Assembly: GCA_964443495.1 (NCBI GenBank)
Contig: CAYUCS010000002.1
Coordinates: 196,021 to 260,020 of the forward strand
DNA: 64,000 nucleotides
Source: an uncultured Gammaproteobacteria bacterium
Lineage (GTDB): Bacteria; Patescibacteriota; Patescibacteriia; Patescibacteriales; GWE2-39-37
Reading direction: 5' to 3'
The translations under genes were made by a program, and so were the position numbers. Below the pieces are notes generated by a model. It made no database searches and was not told where the DNA came from. It worked only from the letters and a program-made list of their open reading frames with translations. Positions 32,909-37,751 of this stretch are shown one piece after another (within the stretch, counting starts at the first letter, position 1; every line of letters begins with the position of its first letter).

Positions 32909-33025
32909 AACCGGGGTAGCAGCGTTAGCAGATTGGGCGCAGGCAAAAAACAAAAACACACCGGCCAGGGCCAGCATATTCTTGATCGCGTTCGCTTTGA
33001 ATCTATTTGAAAGGCTTGTTAGCAT
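19526..33025 (-). CDS. Giant secreted modular protein (4499 aa), paralog of 2088..19331 with 11 head/beta-helix/cap modules
   Basis: Uninterrupted 13,500-nt ORF with ATG at 33025 and signal peptide MLTSLSNRFKANAIKNMLALAGVFLFFACAQSANA (~88% nt identity to the other gene's 5' end by eye). It uses the same module grammar and ends with the same last two module types as the 5747-aa protein. Confidence 0.9.
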   Translation of the reverse strand: MLTSLSNRFKANAIKNMLALAGVFLFFACAQSANAATPVYYSVGQSTADLQTGTSTVTISSTTGLATFSAAQTGNIGVGDRVTVATNTVYYISGKASSTGWYVVTATGTMPEATSSAPVTSIKREYTSLAAAVAGASDANHAATSSLVGGDLVLNLPCYYDSGPDTSAVNVTGYTTGTSTYIKIYTPASTSIEANFSQRHQGRWDDVRYNLYISGGTYCISSNVHDAIIEGVQCKINLTTNQYHYGITKTMSDSGSYFVISNSIITASSDNSAHDYEGNGIGFNAYGSYYIYNNIIYNWNLSTQIDSCIQDVAEGTESYFYNNTIFGCDIGISAGSSLDVAKNNVVQNGVTGYSGIFHASSTNNLSFDGTAPGSNSMASSTVQFADLANKDFHLAASSTARNRGADLSNDPYFAFSTDIDGHARSTTSPVSRAWDIGADEGATAIYYSVGQNTSDHKTGTPTVTVSSTTGLATFDVAQTASNMGVGDVITYGSDKCYITAKASTTAWYCVTATGTMPVATTSAPVASIAHAFSSLFNAEANSSNSTYLNTADLAANNYQLNWACYYDSGPDTTHVQVQGYKTTANNYLEIYTPSNESIEVNLSQRHQGIWDDNKYNLSVASVDGYDRAINPISENIRIEGLQVSVNNNGQIGAEGIQIENNSSADPDAAYEAYVVGNIIRGIATAPFGSEPPNGIRIQYWNLGSIASKYHISNNIIYGFYDGATDSSGILVVGKGSVNIANNTVHNSSNGVTRLYNGSSTVLANNIVSSSTVGYSGIFSASSTSNISDHADAPGQNQLNSTVVQFSDSLNEDFHLAASSTARNSGADLSADANYAFNADIDGHSRGNQGAWDIGADEGASHIYYSVGQNTSDHKTGSPNVTVSSTTGLATFDVAQTAVNMGVGDVITYNTTEKCYITAKASTTAWYCQTATGTAPVAATGATVDSITHAFSSLSAAISGASGGSYLNTADLASTNKILNLPCYNDGSADTAAVTLAGYTTALNNYIKIYTPNNAASEANASQRHSGKAGTGYRLRANAKLYISLPDIKFDGIELYSDTGADQGLRIDPSGSVTFNVSISNSILHNFVDVFLQSHILTNVNFWNNYVYDFSSTGYYNLNSTLLGNIYNNTFYSDNGFRAIRYATGTLNMANNLVNGNFNMQYNVWTSTYSSSNNISSDASSPNTAFRNKNVAFASAANKDFHLASADTSARDSGVSLASDSYKAFASDIDGHTRPNNLAWDIGADEGASAVYYSVGQSTADLQTGTSTVTISSTTGLATFSTAQTGNIGVGDRVTVATNTVYYISGKASTSAWYVVTATGTLPQATTSAPVTSIKREFTSMSSAVASASNSSHLNTADLYISNMQLNIPAYYDSGADTAPVAIGGYSTALPNYIKLYTPNNTANEANSSQRHQGKWADTSYRLEVSTNAAIIIFDKNTMIDGLQIYGIDNTGITTQSIGENNAQMHIKNNIIKHSGNAANKYGIILNYEASMGFGFGYVANNIVYDFNVSNGQGISSGSGGWYGYFYNNTVINSNYCFTNGGGTVIVKNNIAQNCVDGYRLIVSASSTNNISDLASDAPGTNPKDSTVVSFADAANGDYHLAASSSARNVGADLSADTNFAFSSDIDGHTRSGAWDIGADEGATAVYYSVGQNTSDHKTGSPVVTISSSTGLATFDVAQTAANMGVGDVITYGSDKCYITSKASTTAWYCQTATGTMPVATTSATVASIAHAYASLSAAEAGAPDSAHLNASDLALSNYQLNFPCYYDTGVDSAAVAILGWETGASNYIRVYTPTSETSEVNSSQRASGAWENGKYALSTASGIALFNMERDVIIDGLQLSSPDNNVVRNIVDNANVYFSNNIVKGSATSYVGGFGVDSGSNGKYVLTNNILYGFTGTESRGIIFQPSSSSTNMYAYNNTVSSSTHGIRYATGRVYLKNNLVQGSSDGYINWTGTGIVDSSSDNNISDIAGDAPNATFSTSSISVQFADALNKDFHLAASSTARNRGVDLGSGANYAFSTDIDGHARGNQGAWDIGADEGATAIYYSVGQNTSDHKTGSPNVTVSSTTGLATFDVAQTAVNMGVGDVITYNTTEKCYITAKASTTAWYCQTATGTAPVAATGATVNSIAHAFSSLNAGVTGASGASYLNASNLASSNYQLNFPCYYDSGSDTAVVTVQNYTTAASNHIKIYTPYNTTNEVNQSQRHQGKWDDSKYALSVTSAGASAFSALVIKVPNLNIEGLQIFNNKSAAGNVYAIDLSTISTFNVRLASSIFRGPDTHASDDYMGSVATLSGVNSHLKILNNISYNWGKISSRQNCYATFTTDTVAYNNLAYNCYDGFAAGSTNHLFYAKNNIAQNCIDGFSGGANFNAASDYNISDLAGDNTGGVNDKVSTVVSFADAANKDYHLAASSTARNAGANLSSDQYHAFNTDIDGQVRRSSSWSVGADEPANAVYYSVGQSTADLQTGTSTVTISSTTGLATFSTAQTGNIGVGDRLTVATNTVYYISSKASTSAWYVVTATGTLPQATTSAPVTSIKREYTSMAAAVSGAVDASHLSTADLATANVQLNIPAYYDSGADTATVNVIGYKTGVPNFIKLYTPRNTVTEANFSQRHRGKTGGSNFSIKPATGRAVAIGSKNVRVDGLEIDMAISNTFAIVLNYSSTDVFDSYVSNNLISNVAGDWAGLIECGDGAAGSKVHIYNNILSNVPGGSERRAIRISGATLTAYVYNNTFYNVGRALWSNGATIIAKNNTAQICTEYCYFDLNASSTNNISSDATSPDVDLLNVNVAFADVLNKDFHLAASSTARNRGADLSADANFAFSTDIDGHGRSGLWDIGADEGATAVYYSVGQNTSDHKTGSPVVTISSSTGLATFDVAQTASNMGVGDVITYGSDKCYITAKASTTAWYCATATGTMPVATTSATVTSITHSFNSLNAALPAGAGGAKGAGFLNASDLVTGNYQLNVPCYYDSGPDIASVAIDGWTTSPSNYLKVYTPSDTVNEVNYNQRHQGQWDDTKYRLVHTSAGDYQTTLSVLASFVTIDGMQLHRIASSGINEHIIGANPRSVYGRTNDIRVTNNIIRGEYSGANNATAVYYANGSGIADASGVVANNIIYDIKSGTSTGYKTIRLQTQDRVSVYSNTIVNCGTGVETYYNNYGVLKNNAVQGCADGFNGTFNSLSDYNISDIVGDAPNATFSTSSIVVQFADSANKDFHLAASSSARNAGVNLSGDANFAFASDIDAHARPAGSWDIGSDEGATPIYYSVGQNTSDHKTGSPTVTISSTTGLATFSVAQTATNMGVGDVITYGTTNKCYITSKASTTAWYCQSATGTPPVAATDATVNSIAHAFSSLSAAESGAVGASYLNTSNLTGNNYQLNIPCYYDSGPDTAGVIIDGWTASPNNHIRVYTPASTTAEANASQRHQGKWDDLKYRLEYTTNTTWQRQLFIVNFYTKIDGLQVKLTYGHGNSFAIDGAAMEVSNNIVQGVATAANIVGSGLSTGGEGSRIYNNLIYGFRDINSSSGRCYNFSNSWNDLGVYVYNNTAYNCHTGFTDSSGLAVSFKNNIVQNSVNGFYESVMHSSSDYNISDLAADAPGANSKNSVTVQFADSANKDFHLLPGGIVAKNAGTDLSVDPYFSFVADIDGQPRPNGGIWDIGADEAANAVYYSVGQSTADLKTGSPTVTIASGTATFSVAQIGNIGVGDRVTYNSSSSVAYISGKASTTVWYLVTATGTMPADITNSTVDSIKREYTSMSAAISGVVDASHMNTSDLTAANLQLNLPAYYDSGADAAEVDIIGFTTGAPNYIRLYAPENAVTEVNSRQRHGGKWNNSSYRTLGSSYGNFYTIQADHTVIDGLQIERDTDNMPDGIVVYANNVILRNNIIKSTQLITNIGRGIELGYDYTNAKVYNNIIYGYKKLSGSNSSSIYVPTNKHYIYNNTIVNCDIGVYGQYAENSILKNNITQGCAEGFANYTTHTFSSASDNNISDVAGDAPNATYSTSSIDVRFVDEANADYHLAASSSARNAGANLGTDANFTFSADIDGQARGNGLGWDIGADEAPAPVYYSVGQDTNDHKTGAPTVTVSSTTGLATFSEAQTAANMGVGDVITYGAASSKCYISEKISTSVWRCVTATGTSPFATSSAAVASIAHAYASLSAAEAGATDASHLNASDLVTGNYQLNFPAYHDTGHDLSRVTVSGYTASALNYIKIYAPNSVSSEANSSQRHAGIWDDSKFALSYGATRWDSVLYIGVPYTVVDGLQIEHVATQTDARVGYSANAEGVKISNSIVRLPSRNGSPAEYGVNSGGYSIDIYNNIVYGWGGGIRSANNIQPGATINVYNNTVYGIADVGFGQWGYPASVAYVNLKNNLSSAGSDDFAFDLGGNVTQQYQNNLSFDLTSPNAGATDCGGHGCRNQVVRFINASSSDFRLSPFDSAARNSAANLSVDALLPFNIDIAGNARNFGGAWDIGAFEDGDTAFYGTTRVRQGKMIIDGKMRIE

Positions 33026-33070
33026 TTTTATGCTTGGGGAAAGTTTAGGATACTGCGCTTATTCTTTATT

Positions 33071-33079
33071 ATTATATCA
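33071..33079 (-). promoter_or_regulatory. Extended -10 promoter TGATATAAT of the 4499-aa gene
   Basis: Same CAGGTGTGATATAATAATAAAGAATAAGCGC block as at 19361..19391, ~46 nt upstream of the ATG at 33025. Confidence 0.65.
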
Positions 33080-33169
33080 CACCTGACGCCTTTTTTGCGA
33101 TTTATTCCACCGTGCCCTGGCATAAAATCAGCTTTATTTTACACCACTTTCAGACGATTAATGCAAATT

Positions 33170-33201
33170 AAAAACGCTGCCCGAAATCGGGCAGCGTTTT
33201 T
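33170..33201 (-). terminator. Rho-independent terminator downstream of the 185-aa gene
   Basis: 13-bp stem aaaacgctgcccg / cgggcagcgtttt with loop aaat and a T-run on the minus strand. Confidence 0.85.
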
Positions 33202-33207
33202 AATTAT

Positions 33208-33216
33208 TTATCCACA
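33208..33216 (+). promoter_or_regulatory. Perfect DnaA-box-like 9-mer TTATCCACA (copy 3 of 3)
   Basis: Exact TTATCCACA between the TAA stop (33228..33230) and the terminator hairpin, the same arrangement as copies 1 and 2. Confidence 0.4.
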
Positions 33217-33227
33217 ATAGAACTAAA

Positions 33228-33785
33228 TTATTTTTCTTTTACAACCTCTTGCCAATCCCAAACCTTGTCGCCGATTACCCGGCCCTTGACCTCGGTGTCG
33301 GCGATGCCGAGCTTCTGCAAGTCAACTCGGAAGCGGCGCAAAGGTTCTTGGGCGGCCTGCTCGCGCTCGCCCGGATCGCCCCTGTCCTCCGCCAGCCGTT
33401 TGCCCTCCCCTTTTTGGCGCAGAAGCAGGTTGGCCTGTTCCTGGGTCAAACCCATCTTGATGATCAGGAAGCCCTCCTGTTCAGCTACGGAAAATTGCTT
33501 GTCTTCCGCTGCCGTCAATATGATGTCGCCGCGTTCGAATCCGCCATTGCCGCGAGAATTATCGATCTTGATCAAAAGCTGATAAGTCTTCTTCTCACCG
33601 ATCTTGCCGGCCTGCTTCATGGTCATTTCGCGAGGCACCCGCGAATAAGCGACGGCCGCCAAGGCAACGACGGCTATTGCCGCGAATAGGATCTTGAAAA
33701 AACGCTTCTTATCCTCCCTATACAACCCCGAGGCCCGCTCGCTAGTTTCCTTGATTTTTGAATGGATTTTTTTGACGGATTTCAT
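33228..33785 (-). CDS. Hypothetical bitopic membrane protein (185 aa)
   Basis: ORF with a basic N-terminus, one hydrophobic helix (FFKILFAAIAVVALAAVAY) and a charged C-terminal domain. I recognise no family. Confidence 0.6.
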   Translation of the reverse strand: MKSVKKIHSKIKETSERASGLYREDKKRFFKILFAAIAVVALAAVAYSRVPREMTMKQAGKIGEKKTYQLLIKIDNSRGNGGFERGDIILTAAEDKQFSVAEQEGFLIIKMGLTQEQANLLLRQKGEGKRLAEDRGDPGEREQAAQEPLRRFRVDLQKLGIADTEVKGRVIGDKVWDWQEVVKEK

Positions 33786-33793
33786 ATGGAAAA

Positions 33794-34366
33794 TTAATTA
33801 CGATTCTGACTTTCGTATTCGAGTATCGCCTTCAAGACTTTTGAATCATCGGCTAACGGTTCCATAAACATGACTTGCGAACGTACGATATTCATCGTGC
33901 CGCTCGGCCCATGGGCTTCCTTGCCCCGCTTGACCAGCCGCATGTTCGGCGTTTCCTCGGCTTTGGGCGCCTCCCCATCTTTCGGCTGGTCATAGTCGTA
34001 ATAGACATTATTCAAGACCACCGGATCGGATGATTGGTCCGCGACCTGGCCGTAAAAAATCTCCTTGTCGGCCAGCCGCACCATATACCACTTAGCCGGG
34101 TCACCTTGCTTCTTTGAAGTATCGTTCGGCGCGACCTCTGGGCGGCGATTGATCTGCCAATAGGCCGCAGCAGCGATAGCAAGCACGGCCAAAACGACTG
34201 TGATGCGCCGGTAGGTCTTTTCTTCCAATCGCCGCGGCGCTTTGGGCTGTTCGATCTTCTGCCATTCCTGGCGCTCCTGGTCGGCCCGCAAATCGACGTA
34301 ATAATTGTCAATCTGCGCACTACGCCGCTGGCTGCGGTTGATATCGGTTTTGTTGGGCTGAGCCAT
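33794..34366 (-). CDS. Hypothetical bitopic membrane protein (190 aa)
   Basis: ORF with one TM helix (ITVVLAVLAIAAAAYW) and an extracytoplasmic domain. It is tightly packed (8-nt gaps) between its neighbours. I recognise no family. Confidence 0.6.
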   Translation of the reverse strand: MAQPNKTDINRSQRRSAQIDNYYVDLRADQERQEWQKIEQPKAPRRLEEKTYRRITVVLAVLAIAAAAYWQINRRPEVAPNDTSKKQGDPAKWYMVRLADKEIFYGQVADQSSDPVVLNNVYYDYDQPKDGEAPKAEETPNMRLVKRGKEAHGPSGTMNIVRSQVMFMEPLADDSKVLKAILEYESQNRN

Positions 34367-34373
34367 AATCTAT

Positions 34374-36803
34374 TTACTGCAAATCATTGAACTGCTCCCT
34401 CACATTTTGCTTCGTCTGCTCGTCCGGCAGGATTGAGAGCAGCTTGTTCAGGGTTTCGCGCGCTTTGTCATCTTCACCGACTTTCTTGTAAAGCAGCGTC
34501 AGGCCGTAAAGCGAGTTGGCATGGTTCGGGTTGGCGGTTATGATGGCGCCGAAGATGCGTTCAGCTAATTCGAGATCCTGATTTTTCTTGATGACCTGCC
34601 CGGGATTCTGCGGCGGCGTGATGACAATCGGGGTTTCGGTCGTCGAGGTGCCGTTCGAGACCGGAATAGTCGGGGTTGGCGGCGCCACGACATTGGACTG
34701 GCCAAGACCGCGGTTGTAATACATGCGACCGAGCTCAAAGGTATAATCGATACTGTTCGAAATGCCGGCAGCCAACTTCAACTGTTCGATCGAATCGTCA
34801 TTCTTGGAAAGCTTCTCCAAAGCGACGGCTTTGCTGTAATAGGCGGCAGCCAGATCCTTCTTCTTGCTGATAGCTTCATCGTAATATTTGACCGCCTCGT
34901 TCAAAAACTTCTGCTTCTGGGCCGAGTCCTCGACCAGATTGGCCTTGGCCATGCTGATCAGGCCCAAGCGCAGGCTCGGATTCGGATTGGTCGGATCAAG
35001 CTCGGCGTCCTTCTTGTAAAGCTCTTCGGAAAAGCCGAGTGCCGCCTGGTCGTAAAACGAAGCGTTCTCGTAAACCAATGCCAAAGACTCGACGTTGCCC
35101 ACATTGTTCGGGGCGATTTCGACGGCGCGACGGCCGATACTGATGGCGGAAGAAAGATAATTGGCGATTGCTTCCTTGTTGCCGCCCTTCTTGGCCTCTT
35201 GGTCGGACAAGAGCAGATAATCATTGGCCAGGGCCAGATAATAGCTGTCGCGATATGAAGCCAACTGCACCGCCTTAGCCATATTGCTGACGCGCTGCGG
35301 CAGGTCGGCCGCACGAATCGAGCGCTGAGCGTACATGTCGGCGAGATACATCTTGAAACCCATAATGAACAGCACGGTCGCACCGGCGCTCAAAGACAGG
35401 AAAAGAGCGGCCAGGGCCAAGGCGTACTGCGGCGCGGCGCGGAACGAGAGCTCGACCGACTTCTGCTTGGAGCCAGCCACCATCTGCGACGATACCGCTA
35501 CAGCTAGGACTGCTACTAAGAAAAAAATCAGAGTGACTGAAACATCGATAGTAAAGAACAGGGCGTAAACCAGCATGATGAAAAAGCTGGCGGTCAGGCC
35601 CAGGATCAAAGAGCGGTCCTCTTTCGTTTCCACTTTCAGAAGCGACATCACGGACATTGTCGCCGCGATCAGTATGATCGCCAAAGCTGCCAAGGCGCCG
35701 AGCAGGCCGACGGTTGACGCCAATTCCAGCAAAACGCCGCTGGCCGCGTCGAAGCGGGCATTCCAGATTCCGGTATAGTTGAACTGCTGATCCTTGTACT
35801 TGGCGAAGGAGTAGGCGAAGGTTGACGGACCGGAGCCGAAGAACGGATCCTTGACGACGCTCTGCTTGGCGATGTTCCACGAAGACTTCAGGGACAGGCT
35901 GACCTCGTTAGGCAGCCGGACATTGGCGAAATTGAAATTGCCCAACGAGAACTGAGCAACCAGCAAAATAAAAATCCCGACCAGAAAGGCCATTCCGGTC
36001 CGGTTGGTGGTGATGATTTTGGAAAGGAAGAACAACAGCAGGACGACCGCGCCGATCATCGCAGCCGGCCAGAAGGTGTAATTGTTCAGGATAGACAATG
36101 TCGCCAGATCAAAAACAGCGGCCAAAGCCAGAATGCCGCGCATAACGTACTGCAACGGCGCCTTGATGTCCGGAAAGATTTCCTTGAACTGGGTGAAGCC
36201 GATCATCAGCATCGGCAATACCGAAACCAGGAACATGGACAAGGCCGTGATCGATCCCAGCGGATTGAAGGCCTGGGTCTTGGCGAATTGGAACGGCAAA
36301 GCGAACACGCCAAGCAACTGAAGGAAAGAATAAAGCAGGATCAAAACAGCCGATGCCAAGAAAGAGCCGAAAAACAGGCGGATCCTGGCGGCGGTCAGAT
36401 TATTGATGATGAGATAGTAGAACAAAATGAAAATCACGACGGCGAACAAACCCTTGGTCGGGCTGCCGAAAGCGCCCAGCAGGCTGTCCTTCTGATTGAC
36501 TGACATGAAAGTGGCCGCGACGTAAGCCAGGAAGAAGGCCAGGATCGGCCAGTCGAGCGGCGTGCGCTTGAGCTCCAGCTTGCCGACCAAAACGCCCTTG
36601 CTCACCCAGCACACGATCCCGACCAGTACCAGGAAATAGAAAAGCATCATCTTCTCGAAGCCGACACCCTGGAAGGCCGTACCGGAGAAGAACATCGGAC
36701 ACAAGAAAAAAACAATGGCCAGGATAACCGAGATGGCATTGTCAAAAATCTTGTCAGTCGAAACATTTTTTGATGAGCCGAAAAGCTTCTCAAAATACTT
36801 CAT
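34374..36803 (-). CDS. Polytopic membrane protein with C-terminal TPR repeats; O-antigen ligase/Wzy_C-like (tentative)
   Basis: 809 aa. Roughly 12 hydrophobic helices span the first ~480 aa. The C-terminal ~300 aa has TPR-like A..Y...A repeats (AIANYLSSAISIGRRAVEIAPNN.., AAAYYSKAVALEKLSKNDDSIE.., ANSLYGLTLLYKKVGEDDKA). The Wzy_C assignment comes from overall architecture only. Confidence 0.5.
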   Translation of the reverse strand: MKYFEKLFGSSKNVSTDKIFDNAISVILAIVFFLCPMFFSGTAFQGVGFEKMMLFYFLVLVGIVCWVSKGVLVGKLELKRTPLDWPILAFFLAYVAATFMSVNQKDSLLGAFGSPTKGLFAVVIFILFYYLIINNLTAARIRLFFGSFLASAVLILLYSFLQLLGVFALPFQFAKTQAFNPLGSITALSMFLVSVLPMLMIGFTQFKEIFPDIKAPLQYVMRGILALAAVFDLATLSILNNYTFWPAAMIGAVVLLLFFLSKIITTNRTGMAFLVGIFILLVAQFSLGNFNFANVRLPNEVSLSLKSSWNIAKQSVVKDPFFGSGPSTFAYSFAKYKDQQFNYTGIWNARFDAASGVLLELASTVGLLGALAALAIILIAATMSVMSLLKVETKEDRSLILGLTASFFIMLVYALFFTIDVSVTLIFFLVAVLAVAVSSQMVAGSKQKSVELSFRAAPQYALALAALFLSLSAGATVLFIMGFKMYLADMYAQRSIRAADLPQRVSNMAKAVQLASYRDSYYLALANDYLLLSDQEAKKGGNKEAIANYLSSAISIGRRAVEIAPNNVGNVESLALVYENASFYDQAALGFSEELYKKDAELDPTNPNPSLRLGLISMAKANLVEDSAQKQKFLNEAVKYYDEAISKKKDLAAAYYSKAVALEKLSKNDDSIEQLKLAAGISNSIDYTFELGRMYYNRGLGQSNVVAPPTPTIPVSNGTSTTETPIVITPPQNPGQVIKKNQDLELAERIFGAIITANPNHANSLYGLTLLYKKVGEDDKARETLNKLLSILPDEQTKQNVREQFNDLQ

Positions 36804-36882
36804 AACGTATTTACATTATTATTAATACACTCCTTAACTTCAGTATAATTATACTATTTTGCCATACGTTTGGCAAAACAAA

Positions 36883-36906
36883 ACAGCCCTTTTGATTAAG
36901 GACTGT
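36883..36906 (-). terminator. Probable terminator downstream of the yqeY-type gene
   Basis: Stem acagccctt / aaggactgt (8 of 9 bp) with a T-rich tract after it on the minus strand. A second hairpin ttttgcca/tggcaaaa lies at 36857..36878. Confidence 0.5.
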
Positions 36907-36933
36907 TTTTGTTTATCTTTAGCTGAAATATTA

Positions 36934-37392
36934 CTATTTTGCCAACGCTGCTTTCACGGCTTCTCCGACAATCTTGCCGTCGGCCTTGCCCTTGAGCGCG
37001 GCCATCGCCAGACCCATGACCTGACCAAAAGCGGCTCCGGCATTTTCGGCCACGATGCCGGCCACGATCGCGTCGATTTCAGAGCGTTCAAGCTGGGCCG
37101 GCAGATATTTCTTCAAGATCGACTGTTCGGCCAGCTCTTTTTCGGCCAATTCGCTACGGCCGGCGGCCTGATAGCTTTCGACCGAGTCCTGGCGTTTTTT
37201 CACTTCGCTGGCAATGACCTCTTGCACCTGCTCATCGGTCAGGACGACCTCGTCGCCGGAGCGCAGGCTGATCATCTTGTTCTTAAGCGCACTGGATAGC
37301 ATGCGCAGAGTTGACAAGGCGAGTTCGTTCTTGTCGCGCATGGCCTGCTTGATGTCCTCATTGATCTGATTTTGCAAAGCACCGATTGACAT
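36934..37392 (-). CDS. yqeY: GatB/YqeY domain-containing protein
   Basis: 152 aa. MSIGALQNQINEDIKQAMRDKNELALSTLRMLSSALKN...KKRQDSVESYQAAGRSELAEKELAEQSILKKYLP matches the YqeY family pattern. It sits next to rpsU, as is typical. Confidence 0.85.
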   Translation of the reverse strand: MSIGALQNQINEDIKQAMRDKNELALSTLRMLSSALKNKMISLRSGDEVVLTDEQVQEVIASEVKKRQDSVESYQAAGRSELAEKELAEQSILKKYLPAQLERSEIDAIVAGIVAENAGAAFGQVMGLAMAALKGKADGKIVGEAVKAALAK

Positions 37393-37431
37393 AATTTTTA
37401 TCTTATTTCGTAAAGAAAACCGACGGTAATA

Positions 37432-37668
37432 TTACCATCGGTTTCTTGGCTTTTCTTCGAGTTTGCCGATCTTGCGCAGATACTCGTTTTTCAACTTGTA
37501 ATCGCGTGAGATCAAAGCGCTGCGCTTCTGGAGATTACGGCTCTTGGTTTCGCTGAAATACTGGCCCTTGCGGACTTTCCTCAGGTTGCCGCTCTGCTGT
37601 AATCGCTTATTGAAACGACGCAAGAAACTTTCAAAGCTTTCTTCCTTCTTCCTTTTTGATTCTACCAC
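37432..37668 (-). CDS. rpsU: 30S ribosomal protein S21
   Basis: 78 aa. ESFESFLRRFNKRLQQSGNLRKVRKGQYFSETKSRNLQKRSA matches the S21 pattern. GTG start (37668..37666) is preceded by AAGGAAGGTG. Confidence 0.85.
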   Translation of the reverse strand: MVESKRKKEESFESFLRRFNKRLQQSGNLRKVRKGQYFSETKSRNLQKRSALISRDYKLKNEYLRKIGKLEEKPRNRW

Positions 37669-37751
37669 GGAAACACACCTTCCTTTCTATGTGATTTTAA
37701 TTCTTAACGCTTATATAAAATAATATAAACCGACGTAAAAGTCAAGATTGG

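Noticed and set aside
2088-33025. Regular ~1.2-kb periodicity considered as a CRISPR array or a diversity-generating retroelement target
   Set aside because: The period is far too long for CRISPR and the whole region is one continuous reading frame per gene. I saw no reverse transcriptase or template repeat with A-specific mismatches in the window.
34958-35880. Same-strand out-of-frame ORFs 35275..35880 and 34958..35383 inside the 809-aa membrane protein gene
   Set aside because: They are fully nested in a better ORF with coherent TM and TPR architecture, and their translations are Arg/Pro-rich frame-shift artefacts.
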